Assembly: GCA_040954595.2 (NCBI GenBank)
Contig: CM082585.2
Location: 2,820,902 to 2,884,901, forward strand
Reading direction: 5' to 3'
DNA: 64,000 bases
Source: Balanoglossus misakiensis
Taxonomy: Eukaryota; Animalia; Hemichordata
The notes below the pieces were generated by a model that searched no databases, was not told the origin of the DNA, and saw only the letters and a list, made by a program, of their open reading frames with translations. Below are positions 1 through 13,237 of the stretch, piece by piece (the first letter of the stretch is position 1; each line of letters starts with the position of its first letter). Position numbers and translations under genes: made by a program.

Positions 1-60
1 ACAATTTATGTGACAGATTTTTAAAAAGAACACTAACTTCGGCTAAGGAATGTCAAGTCA

Positions 61-303
61 TAGCTCCGCGTTCAGGTCTGTGTGTTCCCGACGCACCACA
101 GCCCTGCATAAGGCCCCATAGACAAAACTGGTGCGCCCTCGGTCCGGACCCGGACGCCCGACCGCAGCTTTTTCTGTCGAAATTCGTTTTTATCGAAGCA
201 AAATCCTTTCCCTTACTACTTCAACCGACCCCAAATATGATGCGTTTAACTTCTTCTAACGTCCATGTAACGCCGGGAACACACAGACCTGCACGCAGAG
301 CTA
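61..303. mobile_element. Non-autonomous TIR element (MITE) with 9-bp TSD, AcademH- or Mutator-like; copy 1
   Basis: Imperfect ~33-bp TIRs (tagctccgcgttcaggtctgtgtgttcccgacg / cgccgggaacacacagacctgcacgcagagcta), TAG...CTA termini, perfect TSD gtcaagtca at 52-60 and 304-312. Superfamily is inferred from termini and TSD length. Confidence 0.8.
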
Positions 304-950
304 GTCAAGTCATGGAAAAACCCCAGGAAACTAAGGGGTACAACAGATTTCCTCCACAATTTACTGGGGTACGTCCATGGAAAAAACAATCACCAGGAAA
401 ATAAAAAATCCTCCGGCCCCACCCTGGAAGTTAAATCTGAACAGTCCCTAACTTTTGTTTGTTTGTTTGCTTGTTTATTTGTCTGTCTGTTTGTGTATTC
501 TATATTATGTTATATGAAGCTTCTGCTACATTTTGCATTTCCTTTTGCATAAACAATGACTAAACCGACTGGAGCGCGTTTGGGCGCAGGATAGATTTAA
601 GAGTTAATCCATCTGTGTTTACCGGCTAAAACCGTTCGATTTTTGCAACAAGTGAGACCGTAGTAGTAATCCGAAGGCCAGTCAGTGCATGTTTGCATGA
701 CTGGCGTGTAGTGATACCTACCACAAAATGGTATCGCCCAAATAATGTTTGCCGGAATTTATAAGCCTGGCGCTCTCCTAACAAGTCGTCATGTTCGCCC
801 TCGTAGTCATGCTGCCAGTCGGGGAAAATGACGTACTTCATGTAAAAGTTTATAAAAAATAAACCAAATTTCACTGCCATGTATCCCAAAACAATTTATG
901 TGACAGATTTTTAAAAAGAACACTAACTTCGGCTAAGGAATGTCAAGTCA

Positions 951-1193
951 TAGCTCCGCGTTCAGGTCTGTGTGTTCCCGACGCACCACAGCCCTGCATA
1001 AGGCCCCATAGACAAAACTGGTGCGCCCTCGGTCCGGACCCGGACGCCCGACCGCAGCTTTTTCTGTCGAAATTCGTTTTTATCGAAGCAAAATCCTTTC
1101 CCTTACTACTTCAACCGACCCCAAATATGATGCGTTTAACTTCTTCTAACGTCCCCGTAACGCCGGGAACACACAGACCTGCACGCAGAGCTA
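951..1193. mobile_element. Same MITE, copy 2, within a direct duplication (1-312 = 891-1202)
   Basis: Near-identical to 61-303, with the same TSD (942-950, 1194-1202) and the same left flank. This indicates a segmental duplication, not an independent insertion. Confidence 0.85.
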
Positions 1194-1442
1194 GTCAAGT
1201 CAGTGCACTGTGCAGTCGGTCGGTACACTCTGCTGGTGTATACAAACGATCGTGGCGACAGAATCTCTCCCTGGGACGGCCTTACACAAATTTAATCGAT
1301 TGTCTAACAATTTTACTGCGACTTGTTGTCACGTCTTATACATTTCGTTGACCGGTGGAATATAGAGGTTCAGTCGTCACGCTGAACTGGCTCGAAACCA
1401 TTCCCCACGCTGATTCGACTCTCGCGCCCGGGATATATGTCT

Positions 1443-1865
1443 GTGGTAGCTCCATGGTAACAACCGCAAGGGGCCAGGTCATGTGATTGTGGGTTGCCTA
1501 TCATTTGCTATAAGGCGCCTTCTGATTGGTTTATATTCCCAGTAAATCTCGTAGAGTTCAGCGGGATCTCCATTGAGAGTTGGTCAGATGTAGTGTGAGG
1601 CGACAGCATAAAAAAACAAGTCGCCGTTCCCTACATCTGATTTTAATCAGATTGTGGTGGCTCCATGGTAACAACCCAAGGGGCTAGGTCATGTGATTGT
1701 GGGATGCCTATCGTTTGCTATAAGGCGCCTTCTGATTGGTTTATTCGCCCAGTAAATCCCGTCGATTTCAACGGGAGCTCCAGTGAGAGTTGGTCAGATG
1801 TAGTGTGAGGCGACAGCCTAAAAAAACCACGTCGCCGTTCCCTACATCTGATTTTAATCAGATTG
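1443..1865. repeat. Tandem duplication, 2 x ~211 bp, diverged
   Basis: gtggt(a/g)gctccatggtaacaacc...ctacatctgattttaatcagattg begins at 1443 and again at 1654. Confidence 0.85.
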
Positions 1866-2699
1866 GGGACACCCCCTCCCGAACCCACCCCCTTCATTCT
1901 TCGCCACATTTCATTTATTGGCTGGTTTGTCTAGTGTACCAGGGCAGACTACTTGCCACCCCACCCCACCGATGCTTACTTTGAGTGGAGTGTCAACATT
2001 AAAATTTGTCCTCGCCAACATTGAGTTAATATGCCTTTGAGTTCGTTAAAATGCAACTTTGATCACCGTATTTTACAAAAAAAATTATTATGTGGGAGGG
2101 GGACACCCCCTCCATTCTTCACCACATTGCATTTATTCGCTGGTTTGTCTAGTGTACCAGGGCAGGCTTCTTGCCACCCCATCCCCGATGCTTACTTTGA
2201 GTGGAGTGGCAAAATTAAAAAAAATTTCCTCCCTAACATTGAGTTAATTTGCTTTTGAGTTCATTAAAATGCAACTTTGAGCACCGTATTTTACATAATT
2301 TTCTTATGTGGGAGGGGGACACCCCCTCCCACGCCCAACCCCGACACTTTTCTTGTTTTACCAATCCTACCAACTATTGTATTGACTTGTCATTTTAATT
2401 TATTCATAGATTTCTTTATTGCAACGATATACTATTATATACTTCAATTACTTTAGGAAAATTATAATTGACGTGTTGAGGAGCCTCATTCCCTTTATTG
2501 CATACAGTGTACATAGGATCATGACGGCGAATGTTTTCGGAGAGGGGGGGGGTCATCATATTGTTAGGCCTGTCAAGGGGGGGGGGTCGTCGTTTTTTTG
2601 GTCCTGGGAGAAGGGGGGGGGGTTGGCCTGATTTTTGAAAACCGATGACACAAACTTGCCAACCCCCCCCCCCCCCAGCCGTAAAAACTGAACGGTCCC
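1865..2699 (-). mobile_element. Truncated PIF/Harbinger-type MITE with internal ~220-230 bp tandem units
   Basis: Ends in gccgtaaaaactgaacggtccc followed by tta. It is the reverse complement of the 6401-7174 family. Internal ggggacacccc units start near 1865, 2099 and 2315. Confidence 0.75.
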
Positions 2700-5118
2700 T
2701 TATTGGATTGGTTACAAAATTGCTGTACGAGCTTTCTATGATTTGACCGCCGAAACCGCGATCAGCGAATTGCGTTGTGCCATACGATTCGAGGATAGTC
2801 ATTCTGAGTAATTGAATTCAATTAGCCTTACATTCCATGCCTGCCTAGCTGCAATAATTGTAGCCTTGTTGGGCTGGTTGGGTGGCTGGATGGCCCACCA
2901 TCTAGCCACCCAACTAGGCCACCAATGCTTCAATTATTGCATATAATGCCAACCTAGGCCTACTTGATTGGTGATGTGCGACAAGCATGCTAATAATATA
3001 TTGCGCTGCACATAGGGTAAGGCTTGCATGCCCAGAGACAGAGTAAAATTTTAACGTTAAACAATATAAACAATAAAATGTTTTTTCACCAAAAAATTAA
3101 TTTTCCGGTCAGTAGCTGACTTGTTGGAACGTAGGGACAGTATGACAGGTCATACATCTGCCGCCATATCACGTAAAAACATCGGTGTAACATGGCCAGA
3201 AATAGTACATCGTTGTGATTGGTTGGGATCCTGTTTTGGCGTGCTTCATTGACGCATCCATGAATAGATTTTTGTTTGTGTTTGATAGAAAAAAAATGCC
3301 CGACCGGGTTGCACAGTTAAGTGGTTTTGGCTACTGACGGGCACTGGGTAGATATATAGAAACCATGTATAGAGACAACCATGCATTTTTTTCCGAAATT
3401 GTGATTGATACTTAGAACTTCGAAAATCTATACGATTTAACTAAATGCATTTTCTGGTAAAGGTGAAGTCTGTCAGAACATGATATACAGTTTTTAAAGA
3501 GCAGATTACGAATAAAAATTTAAATGCAACTGAGAACCACGTGATTCTTGTCGTAGATTGTCGCATCATACAGCCAGGTCTGTTGTGACTTCACAAATGA
3601 CACGTCGAAATTTCGTGTGGCAAACGGTATTCGCCATCAACAAAAAGGTACCGGGAAAGTTTCGACTGGCATGCCGGAATTCTGCATCATGTACACCGGC
3701 AGTTTTTTTTTTGAGATGACAAAGTCGGTTTTTTACAACTTTGCCTTGTCACGTTTATCATGGTAATGCACGACGGCCAAATGTCGGACTTGTGTCGGGC
3801 AGATTTTGCAGTCCCGACAAAACATATTTCTACAGAGCAGGCTTCGATGGCATACCGCTGTTATCAAAATCCATTATTCGACTATGTTCCCAATACCAAG
3901 ATCGGCTATTCTCGACAGCGACTTTCTCCAGGGAATACCAACTCCGCCGTATGATCTACAAATCAGAATGCCAGTGCCGTTTTCATTGACGATGGCATGG
4001 ACAAGCTTATGAATATTGGTGAGATTTGTAGTTCGTTGTTACACAATCAATGTTATTGTAACAGCCGACTTTAACGCCACAGCAATATATGAAGCGATGT
4101 GGACGCTCGAAAAGAGAGACAAAAGTTCTGTTCTCCTGTGTCTCTGCGCTGCTCTCACTAGAGAATGAAATTTCATAAAGACAGTACTAAATAAAAGAGA
4201 TTAAATGCACCAAAAAGTTGAATTTCCTTAATGATATTTTGTTGCTTAGATTTGCACATTTTCACTTTTTCAGGGGTGCAGGAAGCAATTTCTTGTACGG
4301 GGACAAAGTTACATATTTTCTGGACACAATTGTTTTATGATAAAAATAAATAGCTGAATAAATTGATTACTGATTAAATGCAAATAATAAAAAGGGAGAA
4401 ATAGCAAGAAATAAAGTGAACAAATATTATTGTAAAAGCTCCAGTATCTGTTATGATTGACAATTTTCTCAGTATTGTTCCAAAAATTGAATTCAACTGT
4501 ATTCATGTCACACATATTGCTACAAATGTACTTTCTTCGATCAGCGACTTTCGTTAAAGATTAGTTTGTTTGGCGTCAAATTACTGACACGTGAAGCCTC
4601 CCAGCCAATTACACTGTATGTTCCATAAACAACAAAATGTGCGCTTCTGTTAACTTTGATTTTTATACTTCAGTTATTCACAGTGATTGCGCCATTCTTT
4701 AAATCCATATCCCTATTGGTGTAAAATATGATCATTGGCGGGGGTGGGGGGGGGGGGGGTAAGCGGGGATTTTGTGCATGGTGGGGGGGGGGTTAAGTAT
4801 GGTTTTACCCTGCCCCCGAAACTTAGTCAGGGGCGGAGATACACTCCCGGTTTCAAAGCCAATATGGGGGGGGGGGGTAATTGCTATTACTGGTATATCA
4901 ACTCGATTTGTATAACTTTTTAAAGATTAAAATTGATAACAATGGGATGCATTCAAAGACTTCTGGAGAATGTTGTTTGCAACCAATCTCTGTATCAACT
5001 TAAATTTAAAGTAAATAAGAATTAAAGTAGCGACGACAAATAAGAAGACGAACATGTTTTGGTCTTTCATTCCAAATAGACTCATCACAGACTTAGAGGC
5101 ATCAGAAAATTTAAACCT

Positions 5119-6372
5119 TTGGAGTTTCACTCTTCTGACATTTTGCTTGCTCTTGATGAAAAAAGAGAGGTTTTCTTGGTATTACTCGATCTTTCCGCAG
5201 CATTTGACACTGTGAACCATACCATTTTACTCAATCGCTTAAGAGACCGCTTTGGTCTCTCAGATACTGTTCTCACGTGGTTTAAGTCATACCTTTCCAA
5301 TCGTAGTCAGTGTATACTTGTAAATTCCACCCAATCACCTTTCTATCCGCTCGACACTGGGGTACCACAGGGATCAGTTCTTGGTCCCATACTTTTCAAT
5401 ATGTACATGTCTCCATTAGGTGAATTAGTTCAAAGTCATGGTTGTCTTTATAGTTTTTATGCAGATGACTCTTCCCTTTATATGTCATTTTGTAAAGACA
5501 ACGCAGCCAGAACTGTTTCAAATCTTGAACTTTGTATATCCGATGTTAGGTTTTGGATGTCTGAAAACTTCTTGTGCTTAAACGATGATAAGACTGAATT
5601 TGTTATTTTCTCTGGTACTTCGGGTGATCTGTCTGCTAGAGGGATTTCAGAAATTCGTGTTGGCGATTCTCTGATTCCCGTCCATTGTCAGGCTAAGAGC
5701 CTTGGAGTGATCCTTGACTCTTGTCTGACAATGAAGCCACATATTGGACAGATCTGCCGCTCTGCCACTTTTCATTTACGTCGCATTGCACTTATTGCAA
5801 ATATGCAATTAGTTCATGCATTCATTACTTCTCGAATTGATTCATGTAATTCACTTTTATTTGGGCTCCCGAAGTATTCAATCAACCGTATTCAACGCGT
5901 TCAGAATATTGCTGCTAGAATTGTTACTCGTTCAAAAATCACCTGTCACATCACTCCAATTTTGTATCAGTTGCACTGGCTACCTTTTACAGAGCGTATT
6001 GTTTTTAAGATGTTAGTTCTCATTTTTAAATCCATTCATAAACTTGGTCCAATATATCTTTCTAACATGACTGATCTGTATGTTCCGTGTCGCAATTTAA
6101 GGTCAGCTGATCAGTTCAAACTCTGCCCTGTTCGATCACGCACCAGGAGTTATGGTGATCGTGCTTTTACTGTTGCTGCTCCAATTCTTTGGAATATTCT
6201 TCCACTCAACATTCACCAGGCACCAGACTTATCTGTTTTTAAATCAAATGTTAAAACTTTACTCTTTAAATCTGTTTTTTAGCCATTTGTTGTATTGTAT
6301 TTTTGCTTTAAGCGTCATTGATCACATTTTTGTGGATACTGACGCTATATAAATAAATTATTATTATTATTC
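5119..6372 (+). mobile_element. 5'-truncated L2/CR1-group LINE: reverse transcriptase C-terminal part plus (TAT)n tail
   Basis: ORF 5119-6282 has LLDLSAAFDTV, GVPQGSVLGP, YADD, LNDDKTE, SRIDSCNSLL, LHWLP and LWNILP motifs. aataaa and a tattattat tail follow at ~6350-6372. No endonuclease domain. Confidence 0.92.
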
Positions 6373-6400
6373 TTAAAATCTGACTTTGAGGCACATCTTA

Positions 6401-7174
6401 GGGACCGTTCAGTTTTTACGGCAGGGGGGGGGGGGCGGCAAGTTTGTGTCATCGGTTCTCAAAATCAGGCCGACCCCCCCTTCAGCCAGGACCAAAAAAT
6501 GATGACCCCCTCTTTGACAGACCCAAAAATATGATGACCCCCCCCCCCACGCCCAAAACATTCGCCGTCCTGATCCTATGTACACTGTATGCAATAAAGA
6601 ACATAAGAAATTTTTTTTAAATACGGTGCTCAAAGTTGCAATGTAATGAACTCAAAAGCAAATTATCTCAATGTTTGGGAGGACCAATTTTACTTTTGGC
6701 CACTCCACTCAAAGTTAGAAGATTTGGCGTTATCTTGTCATGACATCATTTATAAAATTTCTAGTATATAGAAGATGCATCGCGAAACTCTTAGTTATGC
6801 AAAATGGTTTAAACAATTATTCTCCTTTATGTATTCACTTTGTTAAATATTATCATCGGTGGGGTTTGGGTGGCAAGCACTCCGCCCTGGTACACTAGAC
6901 AAACCAGCCCCAAATGAAATGTGGCGGAGAATATAGGGGGTGGGTGTGGGAGGGGGTGACCCCTTCCTACATTAGAAAATTTTGTAAAATAAAGGGTGCG
7001 AAACTGCAATTTTGTGGACTCAAAAGCAAAAGTTCGGTGGCAAAAGTATGTGACCCCCCCCTAAACATTTAAAAAAACCAGATGACCCCCCCCCCCTTGT
7101 GGACTTCAAAATTTAAGTGACCCCCCCCCCCTGGATTTTGCCGCCCCCCCCGGCCGTAAAAACTGAACGGTCCC
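6401..7174 (+). mobile_element. Complete PIF/Harbinger-type MITE
   Basis: 22-bp TIR gggaccgttcagtttttacggc / gccgtaaaaactgaacggtccc, with TTA TSD at 6398-6400 and 7175-7177. Confidence 0.88.
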
Positions 7175-9889
7175 TTACCTTAATTTTGATCAAAATCTAT
7201 TTAACCAACCAAGGAACATGCATACTGGTACCTTCCTTCTAGTATTTAAAAGGGAACCAGTTTTGGCCAAATCATTGGGGATTATAGCAACATTCTGCTG
7301 GTCAATGCATGTACAATGGTGACAACACCAGTCTTCAGGTACTACTATTCCCTGAAAGCCTCATGAAATGCCAAATTTCACATTTTTCCAAAAATCAAAT
7401 CTTCTACCTTTTATATAAAATCTTCATCATTAATCCACATTACTTGTATTTGCATTTGATTCTGTTTATTATCTCTTGGCGATGCGTACCATAATAGTTG
7501 TGAACTCTTTTTATAGAGGCTGATTTAACAGGTGTGGCACCTATTTAATATATCCCTTGTTCAAATTGCAACATACAGCCACAATCGGGCGTCGGTAACA
7601 TAATCATGTATGCCTATCAGTAAGCTTTTTTAGATGGACCAATCTATGTTGAAAGTCAAATCATGAAAATAATGCAACAAGTGGCAGCTCCTAGTCTTAG
7701 GGCTTCAATGACATTATATTTGGGGCTGGTTTAGATCCAGAAGTTGCATAATGTGCTCACACTGTACACGTGGGATCCTGTGTTAAAGAAGCACACAAAT
7801 TCTCCAACATTTTGGCAATATAGCCCAGTTGATCAGGAAAGGGCAACAAAAGTTTAGTCAAACAAGATACTAGTACCGGTATTGACAAACAGTGGCCATC
7901 TATGGTAGATATCTCTATGTTATCAATTTCACTGCTCTATTAGCAAAAGGCAAACCATTAAAATTTAAAACTGCATGTGGAGATTTTAGATAAATTAACT
8001 CTGTAACTGGGCCTGATCATGCGCCTTGAAATGGCAGGGGTCCGACATTCTGTGTTGATTTCAGAGCATACAACATGTTCCAGTACGTATACAATGAATT
8101 GTATGTTTTCTCAAAATTTTATGTATAAGGCTACGGAATATAATAACCATGCAATGCATATTGGCTGGCTGTCTCCTACCTTTTAATGTTTCACTATTCA
8201 GAGGTGTACAGAGGCTTGATTGATTGATTGTTTGAAGTCACAGTGCAGTTGTTGTTTTGTAGTATCCACTTAGTTGTTGTTCTTATGTCATGAAATTCTA
8301 GTCAGGATTCAGAGAACTGTTGGCACCAACAGATGAGGTTAGCAACAATCCTTTTATTTACAAAACAAGATACATGAAATTTATTCTTGTAGTTAAGGAC
8401 CAAACCAAAACATTGTCAAAACTGTCATCCTCAGACAGCGGGAGGATATTCCATAGCCCCACCCCAAACTTGCCAAGAGCCCTCTCATTCAAGAAACCCC
8501 GCCCACATTTCTTTGTTATGGACTCAGTCTTTGACAGTGTAATAAATCTTTTAAAACTTTGAGGCTGACTTCTGCTCATTTGAAGTCTATACAATACATT
8601 CCCAGATCTCAATATCTTCCTTCAAATTCAAGATTCACCTAATGTTAACGTTTTTTATGCTCTTATTCATGTAGATATTGAAATGGAACAGAGGTTATTG
8701 GCAGGTACAGAATTTATTGGCTTTTAATTAAGAAATTGAAATGTTTGGTCTGTAAATTTGGGAAGCAAACATCTATTAATTGTGTATAATGATCATAAAT
8801 GTATATACCTGTAGATAAAGTGAGTACATGTGTGGTTGTAATCATACTGCAGGTGTGCATCTATTAACGAATTTGTGTATGGCTGTTCTATCATGCAATG
8901 GTGATGTTATTTTGAATGAGTTGTACATGCACGTACAGGACCTAGCTTTTTAAAACCTTGGGCAGAAAACTTTGCGAGCAAGTAGTTTCTGGATATGATT
9001 GCCATAATTAAAACTGACCAGAATGGTTGTGTCATGAATATGGAAGGATTCATATAAACACTTCTGAAGTGGGGGAGGGGGGTTGGAATCCTTTCTACTC
9101 ATAGTTATATTCATTTTGTTGATGTCCTCTTTCATGCTGCATCTCCTGACATTGTTACAATGATCGGGTACCTCAACAGTGAACTATGAATGAGCACTGA
9201 AACTCACACAAGTTGGATCCAACGTCAACATTTTCATGTATTTTGTACACGGTATTAGTGCAGTTTGGCCTTATGGTTGATGAAATTTATTTTCACGATT
9301 ATAAAATTCAAGGATTTGGCATTTGGCAGGTGGTTGTATGTGATTTTTCATTGCCAGGTGGTTGCTATAGCATGGCAACAAAATGCAATGCATTGATGAT
9401 CTAGCCAAAGCAAAGAATTAAATTTAAAAAAATGTTCAGGTGTATGGAGGAATCTTTTCCCCACCTCTCTCCTTTAGATTATGCAATTTATGCTCAAGAA
9501 ATGCCCCCCCCCCCCTCCCATACTCTGTTAGTCCATGCCAGTGAACAGTGTGATATGGCATGGAATGTCCAAAATTCATTTAAACTCTTTTCTTGAAATC
9601 AAATATACATGCACCTCATACATTATTGGTGATCCATTCATGCATAACAGGTCTATTGCCTATCTCATGGTCACTCCACCAGAAATCCATGACAATGATA
9701 CATGGAAATTTTCTCTATAGTCAGATCCACTGTCAGGGCATTACTGATTAAATTGCCAATTTAATTAAGCACAATTTTATATGGGGGTTACACAGGGACC
9801 ATTTATACGTTTCTAAAATGTCTCAGATCAAATACTTCCATAAATAATTATTTGTTACCAGTTCAAGTGGTGCTGAAACGTCTCAGATT

Positions 9890-10080
9890 CGAGACGGCTT
9901 TGACGACCTGCGCCGGTGTAAGGATTAATACCTCTAAACAACCCATTGTCTATGGGGCCAAGCCATAGTGCCTATACATAAATGTTGTATGTGGACAAGA
10001 GGCGAATCAAAGGATTAATCCTCTGTATTTACCATAGGCAAGTAGTGTCTCTCAAACACTGAGAATTTTGCCCTGTGTGA
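9890..10080 (+). repeat. Dispersed repeat fragment, homologous to 39487-39678
   Basis: Both copies share gtaaggattaa..cctct..acaacccatt.tctatggggccaagcc...gcctatacataaa...tcaaaggattaat in the same orientation. Confidence 0.7.
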
Positions 10081-11560
10081 ATCTGGTATTAATTTAAAAA
10101 TATTTTCATGATTTTACTTTTGAATGGTCCTATTAAGTTAAAGTTTACTGGTCGGTGTACACAAACAAATCAGTAAACTCGATTGTGGCTATGTAAATAC
10201 CGGTATGTACAATAAAGAATAAAAAGGTGCCACACCCATTTCTTCAACTGTCTATTGCAAGAGTAGATAACTACTGTAGTATGCGCATATGGCTATTAAT
10301 ACCTCCAGAAAGTCAAACAGTGGTATGTTAGAAAATCTGGATAGTGTGAATTTTTAACACACTGCCAGGTAAAAAAACGAACACACATTGGAGGCAGTTT
10401 CTGGACATCCAAGTTTTTTAACAAAATTTACTCACAAAAAAAACCTTCATATTTATTTACTTTCCAGCTGACAGAATTAAAAGCCTTTCCAAGATTATTG
10501 GAGAGATTGAAAGCATGACAAATTTTTATTGAGTTGCAGCTCATGGGGCCTTAATGTGATATTAAGTTGTGTTATTTTTCTGTGAGTGGCCAAGCTTTCA
10601 TGCAACTCCTGTTACTGTCCCATTTATTGTGTTGGAGATTTCTCAAATTGGCTTGTGTGCCAAATTTTTTACTATAGGAGTTGAGTAGTGGAGTACGTTT
10701 TGAATCTTGTAAATACAAACCGACTTTCTATTTTCAGATGTAACACTGCTAGTGGACAGTGTTGTACCCAAAGTTTTCTGAAGCTCAGATGAGCAATGGA
10801 ATCATTGCACTGAATGAGCTTTCATATACCAGAATACTGTTTATTTTTAGCTACTGTTTATGTGTGTGCAGGTTTGAAACATTACAAGGAAACACTGCAC
10901 TGTACCAGAATACACTCACTTAAAACTATTGAAGGTAAGGATTTTTTTATGTGGCATAAATTAAAACAGGCTTGCTTGCAAAATGAATTTGTGCAGTTAG
11001 ACTGCTTACAATCTAACCCCACGGTGTGCTTTGATTGGCCTACAAGGATCGGTTTGTTTGGACATTAACATATACAAGTATATAGAGGCCAAGCAGATCA
11101 GATGATGTACATGTCTCTTTGCACACATTCTGAATTTATCCAGCAATCTACTGGCACCTAGACCCATGCCTAACCAAGGGAGTGTTCAGCTAATGCATGG
11201 GGGGGGGGGGACCAATTGTGGGGGAGGCATTTTTTCAAAATAATAGAAGGTGAAGGTCACATTTCATAAAGCTATATTCTTGTCGATTGAGTGTTCCATT
11301 ATACAGCAGGTATTCCATTATATAGTACGTACTTGTAAATGATTATGTTTGCCAATGATACCCAGTTGTGGTCAGGGATAATGGTATTTGTGCAGTTACA
11401 TGCACAGTATCTGATTTCTTATGTGACCTCCCCATTTGTGTAGTATTCCATCTGGTAATTAGATTAGAATCAGTGACAAGAACATTGTTCGGAAAGTAAA
11501 ATTAGTTTCAGTCTGGTTGGCATAAATGTTTTGAAGCTGTTAAAACTTTGAGATACCAGG

Positions 11561-11682
11561 TACATATGTAGATACCACAGACAACTGCATGAGGTTGGAA
11601 GGGGTGATTTCCATTCATCTTTACATATGTAGATACCACAGACAACTGCATGAGGTTGGAAGGGGTGATTTCCATTCATCTT
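11561..11682. repeat. Tandem duplication, 2 x 61 bp
   Basis: tacatatgtagataccacagacaactgcatgaggttggaaggggtgatttccattcatctt occurs at 11561 and 11622. Confidence 0.9.
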
Positions 11683-12089
11683 TCTCAGATTTAAACAGAA
11701 GAAAATAAACAGTCTCTACATATCCAATGATTATCATTTTCAAAGGAAGAAAACACAGTAAGGGAAAACAATAGTTTTGATTATCGCCAAGTCAGTACTT
11801 CTGCTGTGAACCCAATCGAAACCATTACCGGTTATTGTGTGCTATAAAATGAGACCTATCCCCCATCAGGGCTCCAGACACAACTATGGTGGGAGGAAGG
11901 GGAGAGGAGCAGGAGGGGGTAAGGTCAAATGCCATGCCATTTCAATCACTGCATGAGCGGAAAATTTAACACTTTAAGTTTTGATTTACACGAGTGCTGG
12001 GTGGGCAGGATCAGAGCTATCACTTAGTCTCAAAACGAATGCCTTATGGAACACCCACAAACACAACTGTACCTTATTGTCTATTGTGT

Positions 12090-13090
12090 CATGAAATCAT
12101 GCGCCCAATGAGGAAAGCTTTTCAGTATTTGAAAAAAGATGTCTGGTCAAATCAGTGTACAACGAGTTTTATCTCCTTCAGATTCACAGTCATTGGCTTC
12201 TGATATTAACATATTTTATACAAGGGTTGAAGCAAGACTTCTCTGAGGAGTGTGACAGGAGGCTGTCCTCCTGTCCACCCCCATGCCAGAATGATGTAGT
12301 CATCACTGTGGGTGATGTAGTGCGACCATATAAGTACCATATATGAAACCTTGGACAGCCCCTGGCCCAGATGGTATAACTGGCAGTGTGCTGAAGGCGT
12401 GCGTAGATGGACTAGAGGCCTTGTTTCAGAATTTCTTTCAGCGCTCTATTGATACAGGCACTACACCCAAAATTTGGAGGACTTCAAAAATTTTCCCAGT
12501 TCCTAAAATTACTTTTTCTTCAGAGCTAAAGCAACATCCTTCATAATGAAATGTTTGATATTGTCTCATCTACTCCCCTATGTTCAGTCAAAAGTAGATC
12601 CTAAAAGTACGGATGACGCAGCTGCTTGTCTCCTTCATAAATTGTTAAAACACCTTGATAAAGCCGGGCACTATGCCAGGATTATATTCATCGACTTCAG
12701 TTCTTCTTTCAACACCACTTAGCGTCACATTATGATATACATATCATTGCAGGTAGGTGCACCATGCACCTGCAATAGTTTATTGGGTTTATAACTTCCT
12801 AACTGACAGACCACATTGTGAGAGTAGGGGAGGCCTATCTACTGTGGTCTTCACCAACACCAGTGCCCCCAAGGCTGTGTCTTCAGGCAAAGCCCATTTT
12901 CGTTCATTTTCTATACAGAGTAATTGTTCAACTAGTTCATTTCTTTCCAATTCTCTGATAGTGCAGCTGTACTTGTTCTTTTAAATGACACAAACTCGGA
13001 AACGGAATATGTAAACTTGGTAAAGTATTATTCTAATAGCTGTAATTCACATTTTCTACAGCTTAATGTTTCAAAGACAAAAGAACTTAA
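12090..13090 (+). pseudogene. Decayed Rex1/Babar-like LINE ORF2, 5' part
   Basis: Frameshifted RT motifs: APGPDGI..VLKAC, PKIWRTSKIFPVPK, STDDA, YARILFIDFSSSFNT, QLNVSKTKEL. Interrupted at TTAA (13087-13090). Confidence 0.8.
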
Positions 13091-13237
13091 GGTGGCATTG
13101 CATGAAACTGTCGAAACTTTTTCAGAGGCCTATTTCTCATCAAAGACAACGTTAAAACCCCCATAAACCATATATATTCTGGAAGCTGAGTTTTTGAACT
13201 TTTGTTTGCGTTGCAAATATTATTGATCCCTGGAAAT

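Noticed and set aside
1865-7174. Composite transposon formed by two inverted Harbinger MITEs around the L2 fragment
   Set aside because: The right MITE has its own complete TIRs and TSD, and the left copy lacks an outer end. These are independent insertions.
8320-8612. Possible exon or LINE remnant (GLWNILP)
   Set aside because: A single weak motif, with no supporting RT motifs or consistent splice partners.
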